NCBI GenBank assembly: GCA_039588295.1
Contig: JBDHAB010000009.1
Coordinates: forward strand, 1 to 64,000
Direction: 5' to 3'
Length of the DNA: 64,000 nt
DNA from: Gemmatimonadota bacterium
Lineage (GTDB): Bacteria; Gemmatimonadota; Gemmatimonadetes; Gemmatimonadales; GWC2-71-9
Shown: piece after piece, positions 36,821-46,740 of the stretch
Position numbering within the stretch: position 1 is the first letter of the stretch
Layout: every line of letters starts with the position of its first letter
Translations under genes and position numbers: made by a program
The notes under the pieces: generated by a model
Seen by the model: only the letters and a program-made list of their open reading frames with translations
Databases searched by the model: none
Told to the model about the DNA's origin: nothing

Positions 36821-38193
36821 GCGACACGGTACTCCTCGGAAACGGCTTCGTCCTCTCCGGCGCGGTCACCCCGGACCCGTTCGTGCCCGACGTAGTTCCC
36901 GGAGGCGCGGTGGCTTGGAGCGGCGATCGCATCCAGGCCGTCGGGGCGGAGGCGGACCTCCGACGTCAGTTCCCCGAGGCTCGCTACCTCGACGCTCGCG
37001 GAGGGGTCGTGCTTCCCGGACTCGTCAACTTGCACCACCACTTCTACTCGGCCATGGCGCGTGGTCTCGATCCGCGGGCTCCCGTGAGAAACTTCGCAGA
37101 GGTTCTCGACCGGCTCTGGTGGCGACTGGATCGTGCGCTCGACGCCGAGACCGTGCGTGTGTCGGCCGAGCTCGCACTTGCCGACTGTATTCGATCAGGA
37201 TGTACGACGGTATTCGATCACCATGCGTCGCCCAATACCATCACAGGAAGTCTCGACTCCATTGCGCGGGTGATCGAAACGTGCGGCCTATCGGCAGTCC
37301 TGTGTTACGAGGTGACGGATCGAAACGGCCGTGACGGAGCGGTCGCCGGTATTGAAGAGAATCTCGAGTTCATTGCCTCGCGGCGCGGCGACCCCAGGAT
37401 TCGTGGAACGCTCGGCCTCCACGCGAGCTTCACGCTCCGAGAGGAGACTCTCGCCGAAGTGGCGAGGCGGAGGCCGACTGACTGTGGCTGCCACATCCAT
37501 CTCGCAGAGGATCCTCTGGACGTCGTCGAGTCCCGTGAGCGGTTTGGCGTTGGCCCGACGCAACGTCTCGAGGCTAACGGACTCCTTGATGCACGAAGCC
37601 TGCTGGCGCATGGCATCCACCTCGAAGAGAGCGACTATGAGATGATCGCTCGAAACGATGCGGTCATCATTCACAATCCGGAGTCCAACGCCAATAATGG
37701 AGTCGGATACCTGGACGTGATCCGGACTGCCCGCGGAGGATGTCTGATGGGGCTCGGCACCGACGGGATGTCAGGGTCGATGTTACGCGCGTTGCGGATG
37801 AGTTTCCTGATTCACCGGCATGTGCGCCGGGATCCCGCGGCGGGGTTCGACGGCTTGCCCCAGCTATTGGCCAACAATGTGCGAGTCGCGCGTCGGTTCT
37901 TCGATGAACCGAGGCTTGGTGAACTCACGCCCGATGCCCCCGCGGATGTCATCGTGGTCGACGCGCCACCGCCGACGAGTCTCGACGGCGCCAACGCGTT
38001 TGCTCACACGGTATACGGGCTGAGTGAGGCTCCCGTGCGGCACACGGTGGCCCGCGGACATGTGCTGCTCGAGGATTTCCGTCACACAACGATGGACATC
38101 GAGGACCTGGCCGCCCGTGCCCGCCATCTCGCCCCAGTGCTCTGGGAACGCTTTCATGCACTCCCGTGGGGCACTACGTTTCTCGGAGACTGA
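36817..38193 (+). CDS. ssnA: SsnA-like amidohydrolase
   Basis: HHHFYS, LWWRLDRALD, DHHASP, GLHASFT, HNPESNANN, GLGTDG. Confidence 0.85.
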   Translation: MSDTVLLGNGFVLSGAVTPDPFVPDVVPGGAVAWSGDRIQAVGAEADLRRQFPEARYLDARGGVVLPGLVNLHHHFYSAMARGLDPRAPVRNFAEVLDRLWWRLDRALDAETVRVSAELALADCIRSGCTTVFDHHASPNTITGSLDSIARVIETCGLSAVLCYEVTDRNGRDGAVAGIEENLEFIASRRGDPRIRGTLGLHASFTLREETLAEVARRRPTDCGCHIHLAEDPLDVVESRERFGVGPTQRLEANGLLDARSLLAHGIHLEESDYEMIARNDAVIIHNPESNANNGVGYLDVIRTARGGCLMGLGTDGMSGSMLRALRMSFLIHRHVRRDPAAGFDGLPQLLANNVRVARRFFDEPRLGELTPDAPADVIVVDAPPPTSLDGANAFAHTVYGLSEAPVRHTVARGHVLLEDFRHTTMDIEDLAARARHLAPVLWERFHALPWGTTFLGD

Positions 38194-38212
38194 GATCAAG
38201 ATCGGTGGTGGT

Positions 38213-39697
38213 ATGACAGACGATCGGGAAAGTATTCGCCGGCGGGCGGTGGAGACGTGTCGAGCACGGCGGATTCTCATTCCTACCTTTGCCGAGCTTC
38301 GCGATCCGGGCACGATTGACCCAGCAGTGGTGAGTGCGCTGCAAGCGGTCGATATGCAGGCCGTGGATCCGCTGAATCTCTTCCGCATTACCTGGCACAA
38401 CGATCCGGCCACGGGTGGCTTCGGTCCCGTGAACGCCCTGGTGTTTCCCAGTGAGCTCACCGGCGTCCGGGCCCGCATCGTGGGCTTGGTCGGCGAGTTC
38501 TTCCCCACGCGGGCGCACAAAGTCGGAGCGGCGTTCGGCTGCCTGGTCCCCAGGTTGGTGACCGGAGCGTTCGATCCGACCAAGCATCGGGCGGTGTGGC
38601 CGTCGACGGGCAACTATTGTCGGGGTGGAGCATTCGACAGCGCTCTGCTCGGGTGCCATGCCGTAGCTATTCTGCCGGAGGGAATGAGTCGAGAGCGCTT
38701 CGAGTGGCTCGAGGAGATCGGTGCCGAGATTATCGCCACACCCGGATGCGAGAGCAACGTCAAAGAGATCTTCGACGCCTGCTGGGAAATCCGGAAGACT
38801 CGACCGGAGTGTGTCATCTTCAATCAGTTCGAAGAGTTCGGGAACTACCAGTGGCATTACGGTGTGACCGGGCTGGCTGCCGAGTCGGTCTTCCAGCGAT
38901 TGGCGACCCCAAACGACCGACTCGCTGCGTGGGTTGGCGCCACCGGATCGGCGGGAACGCTTGCGGCCGGTGATTACCTGAAGCATCGGCACCCGGGACT
39001 ACGGATAACGGCGGCAGAGGCGCTGCAGTGCCCGACGCTCCTCTACAACGGGTTTGGCGGGCACCGCATTGAAGGCATTGGTGACAAACATGTGCCGTGG
39101 ATTCACAACGTGCGCAACACGGACGTCGTCACGGCTGTCGACGATGAAGCCACGATGAGGCTCATGCGTTTGTTCAACGATCCCGTAGGGCAGAGCCACC
39201 TCCGTACCGCGGGTGTGCCGGCCGACGTCGTCACGCAGCTGCCGCTGCTCGGAATCTCGAGCATCTGTAACCTCCTGGCCGCCGTGAAGACGGCGAAGTA
39301 TTTCGAGTTTGACGCACACGACGTGCTCATGACGTCGCTTACCGATTCCGTCGGCCTGTATCGAACACGTTTGACGGAACTGGAACACGCCGCCGGTCCG
39401 TACACGGAAGTTGGCGCCGCGGGCGACTTTGGCCGCCATCTCCTTGGCGCGGCCGTCGACCATCTGAAGGAACTGCGCTACGTCGAGCGCAAGGCGATTC
39501 ACAATCTCAAATACTTTACCTGGGTCGAACAGCAGGGAAAGACGGTCGAGGAACTCGACGCCCTGTGGGCTCCGGCGTTTTGGGAGGAACTGGTAGAGCA
39601 ACTCCCCGAGTGGGACGAGCGGATTGCGACGTTCAACCGTGACACGGGCGTGCTCGAGATGTTGCGGTCCGAGCACACCGCCGGGCAGGCGACATGA
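38213..39697 (+). CDS. PLP-dependent fold-type II enzyme (cysteine synthase-like, long form)
   Basis: AHKVGAA, WPSTGNY, GHRIEGIGDKH. Confidence 0.8.
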   Translation: MTDDRESIRRRAVETCRARRILIPTFAELRDPGTIDPAVVSALQAVDMQAVDPLNLFRITWHNDPATGGFGPVNALVFPSELTGVRARIVGLVGEFFPTRAHKVGAAFGCLVPRLVTGAFDPTKHRAVWPSTGNYCRGGAFDSALLGCHAVAILPEGMSRERFEWLEEIGAEIIATPGCESNVKEIFDACWEIRKTRPECVIFNQFEEFGNYQWHYGVTGLAAESVFQRLATPNDRLAAWVGATGSAGTLAAGDYLKHRHPGLRITAAEALQCPTLLYNGFGGHRIEGIGDKHVPWIHNVRNTDVVTAVDDEATMRLMRLFNDPVGQSHLRTAGVPADVVTQLPLLGISSICNLLAAVKTAKYFEFDAHDVLMTSLTDSVGLYRTRLTELEHAAGPYTEVGAAGDFGRHLLGAAVDHLKELRYVERKAIHNLKYFTWVEQQGKTVEELDALWAPAFWEELVEQLPEWDERIATFNRDTGVLEMLRSEHTAGQAT

Positions 39698-39707
39698 GTG
39701 GACCGGC

Positions 39708-40961
39708 ATGGAGCGCGCTGAGGACATGACGACCGTTGGTGGTGACGCGACAGCGGCCGCGCGCAGGTATGAAGACGACATCGTCGCGTTTCTGCGCGAC
39801 ATGATTGCGATCCCGGCCGAGAGCCTTCGGGAGGGCGCGCGCTGCGAGCGCGTCCGTGCCGAGTATGAGCGGCTGGAGCTGGATGAAGTCTTCTTTGACA
39901 AGCTGGGCAATGTCGTAGCGACGGTCGGCACGGGACCGCTCAAGATCCTCATGGACGGTCACATCGACTGTGTGGGTGTCGGCGACCCCAACGCCTGGAC
40001 CTACGATCCGTTTCAAGGAAAGCATGAGGGCGGCAAGGTCTACGGCCGTGGCGCGGTTGATGAGCTTCCCGCCGTCGCCTGCATGGCGTACGCCGCGAGG
40101 CTTCTGAAGGATCGCGGTGTACCGGAGGAGGTCACGTTGTACCTCACCGCCAGCGTCATGGAGGAGGACTGCGACGGGTACTGTCTGCTTCATCTGGTCG
40201 AGACCGAGGGTATCCGACCGGACGTTGTGGTTTTGGGGGAGCCAACCGACCTCAACGTGTATCGGGGCCACCGTGGTCGGGTAGAGCTTGCCGTTACGAC
40301 TCGAGGTGTGTCCGCCCATGCTGCACATAGCGAGCGTGGGGTGAATGCGCTGTACAAGGTCGCACCGATCATCACGGATATTGAAGCGTTGAACGAGCGC
40401 CTGCCGGAAGATGTGTTCCTCGGAAAAGGCTCGATTGTCGTCTCGTTCATCGAGTGCACGACGCCATCGCTGAACGCCGTTCCCGACAGCGCAAAGATCT
40501 ACTTGGATCGGCGTATGACCGCCGGAGAGACGGTGGAGAGCGTGATGGCGGAGCTCCACGCGCTGCCACACCTAGGTGATGCGACCGTCGAGGTGCTCGA
40601 ATACGATGCCACGAGCTGGCGCGGGGCCCAGGCGCGGCAGGAGAAGTTCTACCCGACGTGGGTGCTGCCGGAGGAGCATCCCCTGGTGCAGGGTGTGAGT
40701 GAAGCAGCCGGTGCCGTGTTGGGCCGCCCACCCGCGATCTCGCGATGGTCGTTCTCCACCAATGGCGTTGCCAGCATGGGGCGACTCCGCATTCCCACGG
40801 TGGGGTTCGCTCCGGGCCTCGAGGAGCTGGCACACACGACCGATGAATGGGTACTCGTCGACGATCTCGTTCGGGCGACGGCGGTCTACAGTCTCATTCC
40901 CGGCTTTCTGGCCGAGAAGAGGGAAGCCCTCGTTGACGCTCGCATCGTGACCGAGGGTTGA
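39708..40961 (+). CDS. ygeY: YgeY-family M20 metallohydrolase
   Basis: DGHIDCVG, GRGAVDE, MEEDCDG, GHRGR, WSFSTNGV. Confidence 0.85.
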   Translation: MERAEDMTTVGGDATAAARRYEDDIVAFLRDMIAIPAESLREGARCERVRAEYERLELDEVFFDKLGNVVATVGTGPLKILMDGHIDCVGVGDPNAWTYDPFQGKHEGGKVYGRGAVDELPAVACMAYAARLLKDRGVPEEVTLYLTASVMEEDCDGYCLLHLVETEGIRPDVVVLGEPTDLNVYRGHRGRVELAVTTRGVSAHAAHSERGVNALYKVAPIITDIEALNERLPEDVFLGKGSIVVSFIECTTPSLNAVPDSAKIYLDRRMTAGETVESVMAELHALPHLGDATVEVLEYDATSWRGAQARQEKFYPTWVLPEEHPLVQGVSEAAGAVLGRPPAISRWSFSTNGVASMGRLRIPTVGFAPGLEELAHTTDEWVLVDDLVRATAVYSLIPGFLAEKREALVDARIVTEG

Positions 40962-40964
40962 GTG

Positions 40965-41939
40965 ATGGCCGGAGAGCTCAAGGGCCGAAACTTCATATCG
41001 ACGCAAGACTGGACGACCGACGAACTCGAAACGTTGTTCGAGCTGGCGGTGGACCTCAAGGCCGCCAAAGCAGACGGTCGAGCAACGGCGCTCCTTTTGG
41101 CCAAGACTCTGTACATGATCTTCTTCGATGCCTCGACCCGCACGCGGAATTCCTTCGAGACGGGAATGACGCAACTCGGCGGCCACGCCATTTATCTTTC
41201 CCCGGACAAGATGCAAATCAGCCATGGAGAGAACGCGAGAGACACGGCGAAAGTGCTGTCGCGGTACGGGGATGGCATTGCAATTCGGCACTGTGCCTAC
41301 GGCGAGGGGAACGGCTATCTGAACGAGGTGGCACGGCATGCCGAGATCCCGGTCATGAACATGCAGTGCGACGTGTATCATCCGTGCCAGATCTTGGCGG
41401 ACTATCTGACTATGCGAGAGAAGTTCGGGGATACGCGCGGTCTCAAGCTCGGTGTCGCCTGGACGAGCGCGCCGAACTACGTGCGGCCGCTGTCGGTACC
41501 CCAAAGTCTGATCCTCCTCATGCCACGCTTCGGCATCGACGTGACCCTGGCGTATCCCCCAGAGTTCAAGTTGCTGCCAAAGATCGAGGATCAGGCGAAG
41601 GCGAACGCCCAAGAGTCGGGAACTCAATTCGAGATCAGCCACGAGTTCGAGGACGCTTTTCGCGACGCAGATGCGGTCATTCCGAAGTCGTGGGGGCCGC
41701 TGGTCACCACGGAGGACGTTCCCGAGGGCCTCGAGCTCATCGAGCGTTACCCCCGGTGGCGGTGCGACAGTACACACATGGCCCTCGGCAAACCCCACAT
41801 GATCTACATGCACCCGCTCCCCGCCGATCGCGGTCGTGAAGTGACCGATGAAGTAATCGATGGTCCCCAATCGGTCGTCTACGACCAGGCCGAGAACCGA
41901 CTGCACGTACAGAAGGCACTGATGGCGCTCACGATGTAG
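40965..41939 (+). CDS. Ornithine carbamoyltransferase-family enzyme (YgeW-like by context)
   Basis: STRTR, HPCQ, HPLPADRG, QAENRLH. Confidence 0.85.
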   Translation: MAGELKGRNFISTQDWTTDELETLFELAVDLKAAKADGRATALLLAKTLYMIFFDASTRTRNSFETGMTQLGGHAIYLSPDKMQISHGENARDTAKVLSRYGDGIAIRHCAYGEGNGYLNEVARHAEIPVMNMQCDVYHPCQILADYLTMREKFGDTRGLKLGVAWTSAPNYVRPLSVPQSLILLMPRFGIDVTLAYPPEFKLLPKIEDQAKANAQESGTQFEISHEFEDAFRDADAVIPKSWGPLVTTEDVPEGLELIERYPRWRCDSTHMALGKPHMIYMHPLPADRGREVTDEVIDGPQSVVYDQAENRLHVQKALMALTM

Positions 41940-41961
41940 CGCGCCATCCAAAGACATCAAC

Positions 41962-43212
41962 GTGGCAAATTTTCGATTCCGCTGTTCCGAGTGTGGTGCG
42001 TCGTACGAGGAGCGCGACGTGCAGCTCGTCTGCCCGGTGTGCACGCGTCATCAACTCCCCGGCGGATTCACGCGAGGTGTGCTGGAGGTCGTGTTGGATT
42101 GTCTGCCGGTCGAATGGCCGGCGGCCCCGTGCTGGTCCGACCCGTTTCTCACCGCTTTTCTTCCGATACCCGACGCCAGGTTCGTGCCGCCGTTGCGTGT
42201 CGGCGGCACGCCGCTTCTCGAAGTGCCGGTCCTGCGCGAGCGCTTGCGAATGCCCCGTCTGTCGATCAAGGACGACACGCGAAATCCGAGCGGCTCGACG
42301 AAAGACCGCGCGTCCATGTTGGTGGTGTCCAAGGCGCGGGAATACGGCCGGGACACGGTGGCCGCCGCATCGACGGGCAATGCGGCGACCGCACTTGCGG
42401 CCGTGGCTGCCGCTACGGGCCTTCGAGCCGTGGTGTTTGTACCGCACACTGCACCGGAAGCAAAGCTGATTCAGATGTTGAGCTACGGGGCCACTGTGTT
42501 CCGGGTGGATGGGAGCTACGACGATGCCTTTGAACTGTGCCTGAAAGCCTGCGATCGGTTTGGGTGGTACAACCGCAACACGGCGCTCAATCCGTTTACG
42601 ATCGAGGGGAAGAAGACCGCGGCACTCGAGATCGCTGCCGACCTGGCGCCGGCACAGCCCGACGTCGTCGTGGTCCCGACCGGCGACGGGGCGATCTTGG
42701 CTGGCGTCGCCAAGGGGTTTGCCGACCTTGCCGCCAGCGGCCTCCTCCAGCGACTGCCGCGCCTCGTGGCGGTGCAGCCCGAGGGATCGGCGGGAATCGC
42801 CAATGCGTTGCGCGACGGCAGCGGGACGGTCACGCCGGTCACCGACGCCCACAGTGTCGCCGACAGTCTCACCGTTCAAACGCCGCGCAATGCCTTGCTC
42901 TGCCTGCGTGCGGTGCGCCGTTCGGGGGGGTGCGGCGTTACGGTGAGCGACGAACGGATCATCCAGGCGATCGGCGAGTTGGCGCAGCGCACCGGTGTCT
43001 TTGCGGAACCCGCCGGTGCGGCGGCGCTGGCCGGGCTCGAGGCTGCGCTCGACCAACGACTGCTGGACCGCGACGAACGTGTTGTGCTGCTCGTGACCGG
43101 ATCCGGCCTCAAGGATGTGGCCAGTGCTGTACGCAGCGTTCAAACGCCTACACCGATACCGGCGTCGATCGACGCCGTCGCCGAACGGTTACACGGGAGC
43201 AATCCCGAGTAG
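41962..43212 (+). CDS. Threonine synthase-like PLP enzyme with N-terminal Zn ribbon
   Basis: CSEC..CPVC, NPSGSTKDR, ASTGNA, EGKKT, LLVTGSGLKD. Confidence 0.85.
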   Translation: MANFRFRCSECGASYEERDVQLVCPVCTRHQLPGGFTRGVLEVVLDCLPVEWPAAPCWSDPFLTAFLPIPDARFVPPLRVGGTPLLEVPVLRERLRMPRLSIKDDTRNPSGSTKDRASMLVVSKAREYGRDTVAAASTGNAATALAAVAAATGLRAVVFVPHTAPEAKLIQMLSYGATVFRVDGSYDDAFELCLKACDRFGWYNRNTALNPFTIEGKKTAALEIAADLAPAQPDVVVVPTGDGAILAGVAKGFADLAASGLLQRLPRLVAVQPEGSAGIANALRDGSGTVTPVTDAHSVADSLTVQTPRNALLCLRAVRRSGGCGVTVSDERIIQAIGELAQRTGVFAEPAGAAALAGLEAALDQRLLDRDERVVLLVTGSGLKDVASAVRSVQTPTPIPASIDAVAERLHGSNPE

Positions 43213-43250
43213 CCAAGCTCGGAGTGCGTTCACTTCCCTCGGTATCTGGT

Positions 43251-44036
43251 CTAGGGCTGTAGCAGGCGACGCAACACGTTTTGCGTGACGCGCCGACGGT
43301 ACGCTGCCGTCGAGCGAACGTCATCGATGGGTCGGATGTCGTCGACGACCGCGTCGACGGCGCCATCGACGTCGCCCCGGTCCAGTGCCGCCTCGGCGCT
43401 TGGGGCGCGCAGTGGTACCTCGGCGACGGACCCGATGGCAACGCGCGCGGGCTCCAGGCACACGGCCATCACCACTTTGGAGATTGCCTGCGCCTGGCGT
43501 GTGCCGATCTTGCGGAAGCGAATCGCACGCCCGTCCCGCGGGAAACGGACCCTGACGAGCAGTTCGTCGGACCGGAGCGCCGTCTTTCGATACCCCACGA
43601 AGTACTCGGATGCCGAAATCGACCGGCGACTCGTGACGATCGTGGCGTCGGCCGCAAGCATGACCGGGAGGGTATCACCGGCAGGGGATGCGGTCCCCAG
43701 GTTACCGCCCAGCGTGCCGCGGTTCTGGATCTGGGCTGCGCCGATCGTGCGTGACACCTCGGCAAGAGCCGGAAGGTGGCGCTGGACGAGATCCGACTCG
43801 ATGATCCCCGTGTATGGTTCCGCGGCCCCGATCTCGATGGCGCCGTCGACCTCGCGAATGCCCTTGAGCTCCCCGAGCGACCAGATGTCCAGCAGGGCGG
43901 CTGGCCGAATCTGACGGCTGTGAAGCAGCACCATCAGGTCGGTGCCGCCCGCCAGAGGCCGGCAGTCAGCCGTCGTGGCGAGGAGGTCGAGCGCCTCCGA
44001 TAATGAGCGCGGCTTCAAGAAGGTCGGGTAGGGCAC
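43251..44036 (-). CDS. Molybdenum hydroxylase FAD-binding subunit (XdhB/CoxM-like)
   Basis: LAGGTDL, QIQNRGTLGGNLGTASPAGD, PIDDVRSTAAYR. Confidence 0.9.
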   Translation of the reverse strand: MPYPTFLKPRSLSEALDLLATTADCRPLAGGTDLMVLLHSRQIRPAALLDIWSLGELKGIREVDGAIEIGAAEPYTGIIESDLVQRHLPALAEVSRTIGAAQIQNRGTLGGNLGTASPAGDTLPVMLAADATIVTSRRSISASEYFVGYRKTALRSDELLVRVRFPRDGRAIRFRKIGTRQAQAISKVVMAVCLEPARVAIGSVAEVPLRAPSAEAALDRGDVDGAVDAVVDDIRPIDDVRSTAAYRRRVTQNVLRRLLQP

Positions 44037-44473
44037 GCGAGAATCGCTTCGATGATCTTGGTGTAACCGGTGCAGCGGCACAGGTTGCCGGCGATGGCCG
44101 TCTGCGCCTCTTCATAGGTCGGAGTAGGATTGCGCTGCAGCAGGGCGTGGGCCGAGAGCAACATTCCCGGAGTACAGATTCCACACTGCGCTGCTCCACG
44201 TTCCAGGAACGTGTGCTGAAGCGGCGCGAGCTTGCCATTCCGTTCGAGACCCTCAACCGTGAGCACCCGGCAGCCCTCGACCTGACCGACCGACACCAGG
44301 CAACTGTTCACCACTTCGCCGTCGATCAAGACCGAGCAGGCTCCGCACTCTCCTTCGCCGCAACCCTCTTTGGTCCCGGTCATCCCCAACTCTTCCCGGA
44401 GCACGTCCAGCAATCTCCGCGCGCCCGGCGCGTCGACCGACACCGCGTGGTCGTTCACGGTAAACGAAATCAT
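44015..44473 (-). CDS. Molybdenum hydroxylase 2Fe-2S subunit (CoxS-like)
   Basis: KEGCGEGECGAC, QCGICTPG, GNLCRCTGY; ATGA overlap with the Mo-subunit stop. Confidence 0.92.
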   Translation of the reverse strand: MISFTVNDHAVSVDAPGARRLLDVLREELGMTGTKEGCGEGECGACSVLIDGEVVNSCLVSVGQVEGCRVLTVEGLERNGKLAPLQHTFLERGAAQCGICTPGMLLSAHALLQRNPTPTYEEAQTAIAGNLCRCTGYTKIIEAILACPTRPS

Positions 44474-46596
44474 GAACTCATTGCCGTAAGGAGCTTCTCG
44501 GGTGTGGCGGGCACTTCGTCCAGCCAAACCCCAGTGGCATCGTGAATCGCGGCCACGACGGCCGGCGCGGGGCCGTCCATCGGGATTTCTCCAATGCCTT
44601 TGGCGCCAAACGGACCGCCCGAGTACGGGTTCTCCACCAGGACCGTCTTGATGCGGGGCGCATCCAACGCGGTCGGGATGATATAGGTGGCGAGTCGGTC
44701 GTTCACGTACCCGCCGTCCGCCATCTTCATCTCCTCGATGGTTGCGTACCCAACAGCCTGGAGGACGCCGCCTTCGACCTGGCCCTCCGCCAGGATGGGG
44801 TGGAGGGCTCTGCCCGGGTCGAGGGCCGCGACGAGGTTCGTGACCCGCACCTCCCCGGTATCGCGGTCCACCTCCACGTCGACGACGACGCATGCATAGG
44901 CGAACACGGGATACGCGTCCCCGCGGTACCGCTCATCGTCCCAGCGTATCGTCGACGGTTGCACATAGGTTTTGTCGACCCGAATCGGCGGTTGCTCGGT
45001 GGCCATCCGTTCCCGAACCTCGCGCGCCGCCTCGGCCACGAGTCCCCCGACGACCATGGCGGTGCGCGATGCAACCGTGGGCCCACTATTCGGCACGACC
45101 GACGTGTCCTGGGGCACGATCGTGACGTCCTCGTATGGCACCTCCAGGGCATCCGCGGCGATTTGCGCGAGGATCGTGTTAGCTCCCTGTCCCATCTCGG
45201 TCTGCGCAGTGAGTACTCGGAACTCTCCGTCCCGACTGCACTCGACGGTAACCTGGCTCGCGAGCTTCTTCTCACCACTCCCCGTGAACCCGGATCCGTG
45301 ATAGACGAGGGAGACTCCTCGGCCGTGCAGTACCGAGGGGCTGGATGGCACAACGACGGGGGAGGCGTTTTTCAATGCCGCGTCCAACACGAGCTCGGTC
45401 CCGACGCTCTCGTTGAGCTGCTGACCGGTCGCGGTCGTATCGCCGACCCGAAACATCCATTTGCGCCGGAGATCGATACTCGGCACGCCGAGGACTTCGC
45501 TGACGTGTTCGACCATGAGTTCAGCGCCGAACTCGGATTGGGGTGCACCGAACCCTCGAAACGCGCCGTTGGGGGGTGTATTGGTGGCCATGGCCGTGGC
45601 GCGAATCCGGACGTTGGGGCACGCGTAGGGCCCTGCCGCGTGGATGGCGCCGCGCGACAGCACGACCGGGCTGAGCGTGCAGTACGCCCCGCCATCCAGC
45701 ACGAACTCGATGTCCTGCGCGAGTAACGATCCGTCTCCACCGACGCCGGTACGGTGCCGAATCGTACCCGGGTGCCGTTTGGTCGTGGCCGCAATGTCCT
45801 CGTGCCGGTCGTAAATCAGCCGCACCGGACGGCTTGCCTTGACGGCGAGGAGCGCGGCATGGATCGCCACGAGCGACGGGTACTCCTCTTTGCCACCGAA
45901 GGCCCCGCCAACCTCGGCCGGAATGACGACGACCTGCTCATCGGACACGCCGAGCGTTCGCACGACGGCCTTGTGCACGTAGTACGGGCACTGCAGCGAT
46001 CCGTAGATGGTCACGCCGCCATCGTCCATGGGCACGGCGATCGCACCCTGTGGCTCAATGTAGAGTTGCTCCTGGTGACCGACCCGAAACGTGCGTTCGA
46101 CAACGATCTCTGCGTCGCCAAGCGCTTTGTCCACGTCCCCCTTGACGATGGCGATACGGGCCAGTTCCTCGCTCGCGTCGTGGAGGTGGAGAACGGGATC
46201 CATCCGCTCAAACTCGATGCGGATGTGCTCCGCAGCGGCTTCGAGTAAGTCCCGATCGGGTGCCGCAACGAGCACGATGGGCTCTTCGCGATGGCGGATC
46301 TCCCGCTCCGCCAGAGCCGGCTGATCGTCGCGGATGAGTTGCACGACGTTCTCACCGGGTATGTCGGCAGCGGTGACGACCACTACCTGGTCCCAGGTGA
46401 AGGCGGGGTCGAACGCGATGGTGCGAATCAGGCCGCGGGGAATGGTGGATCGAATGGTTCTCCCGTGCCACGCGTCCGGAAGGGCGAGGTCGTCGGTGTA
46501 ACGTGCTCGACCGGTGACCTTCAGGCGTCCCTCGCGACGCGGCACGGATCGGCCGACGCTTCCTGCGGGAGTCTGCGATGGGAATGGGACTGCCAT
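44470..46596 (-). CDS. Xanthine dehydrogenase family molybdopterin-binding subunit
   Basis: GGAFGGKEE, AFRGFGAPQ, EMGQG, GPTVASR, AKGIGE. Confidence 0.92.
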   Translation of the reverse strand: MAVPFPSQTPAGSVGRSVPRREGRLKVTGRARYTDDLALPDAWHGRTIRSTIPRGLIRTIAFDPAFTWDQVVVVTAADIPGENVVQLIRDDQPALAEREIRHREEPIVLVAAPDRDLLEAAAEHIRIEFERMDPVLHLHDASEELARIAIVKGDVDKALGDAEIVVERTFRVGHQEQLYIEPQGAIAVPMDDGGVTIYGSLQCPYYVHKAVVRTLGVSDEQVVVIPAEVGGAFGGKEEYPSLVAIHAALLAVKASRPVRLIYDRHEDIAATTKRHPGTIRHRTGVGGDGSLLAQDIEFVLDGGAYCTLSPVVLSRGAIHAAGPYACPNVRIRATAMATNTPPNGAFRGFGAPQSEFGAELMVEHVSEVLGVPSIDLRRKWMFRVGDTTATGQQLNESVGTELVLDAALKNASPVVVPSSPSVLHGRGVSLVYHGSGFTGSGEKKLASQVTVECSRDGEFRVLTAQTEMGQGANTILAQIAADALEVPYEDVTIVPQDTSVVPNSGPTVASRTAMVVGGLVAEAAREVRERMATEQPPIRVDKTYVQPSTIRWDDERYRGDAYPVFAYACVVVDVEVDRDTGEVRVTNLVAALDPGRALHPILAEGQVEGGVLQAVGYATIEEMKMADGGYVNDRLATYIIPTALDAPRIKTVLVENPYSGGPFGAKGIGEIPMDGPAPAVVAAIHDATGVWLDEVPATPEKLLTAMSS

Positions 46597-46740
46597 AGAC
46601 GACGATACGGCGCGCGACGGCTCGTTGACAACCCCTCGCGCCCGCGTCTCGGTAGGTCGACCTCGGTGGCCACCCGCTCATCCGGACTGGTGTTAGCTGT
46701 GTCACAGTCCGGCCCCCGATCCCGTGGCTACCGTTGCCGC

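Noticed and set aside
41962..43212. Assigning thrC as the housekeeping threonine synthase
   Set aside because: Family motifs fit, but the purine-catabolism context makes the function uncertain, so no symbol was given
44015..44893. 292-aa version of the 2Fe-2S subunit and other extended ORF-track starts
   Set aside because: Extensions overlap upstream genes; RBS positions and stop/start overlaps support the shorter starts
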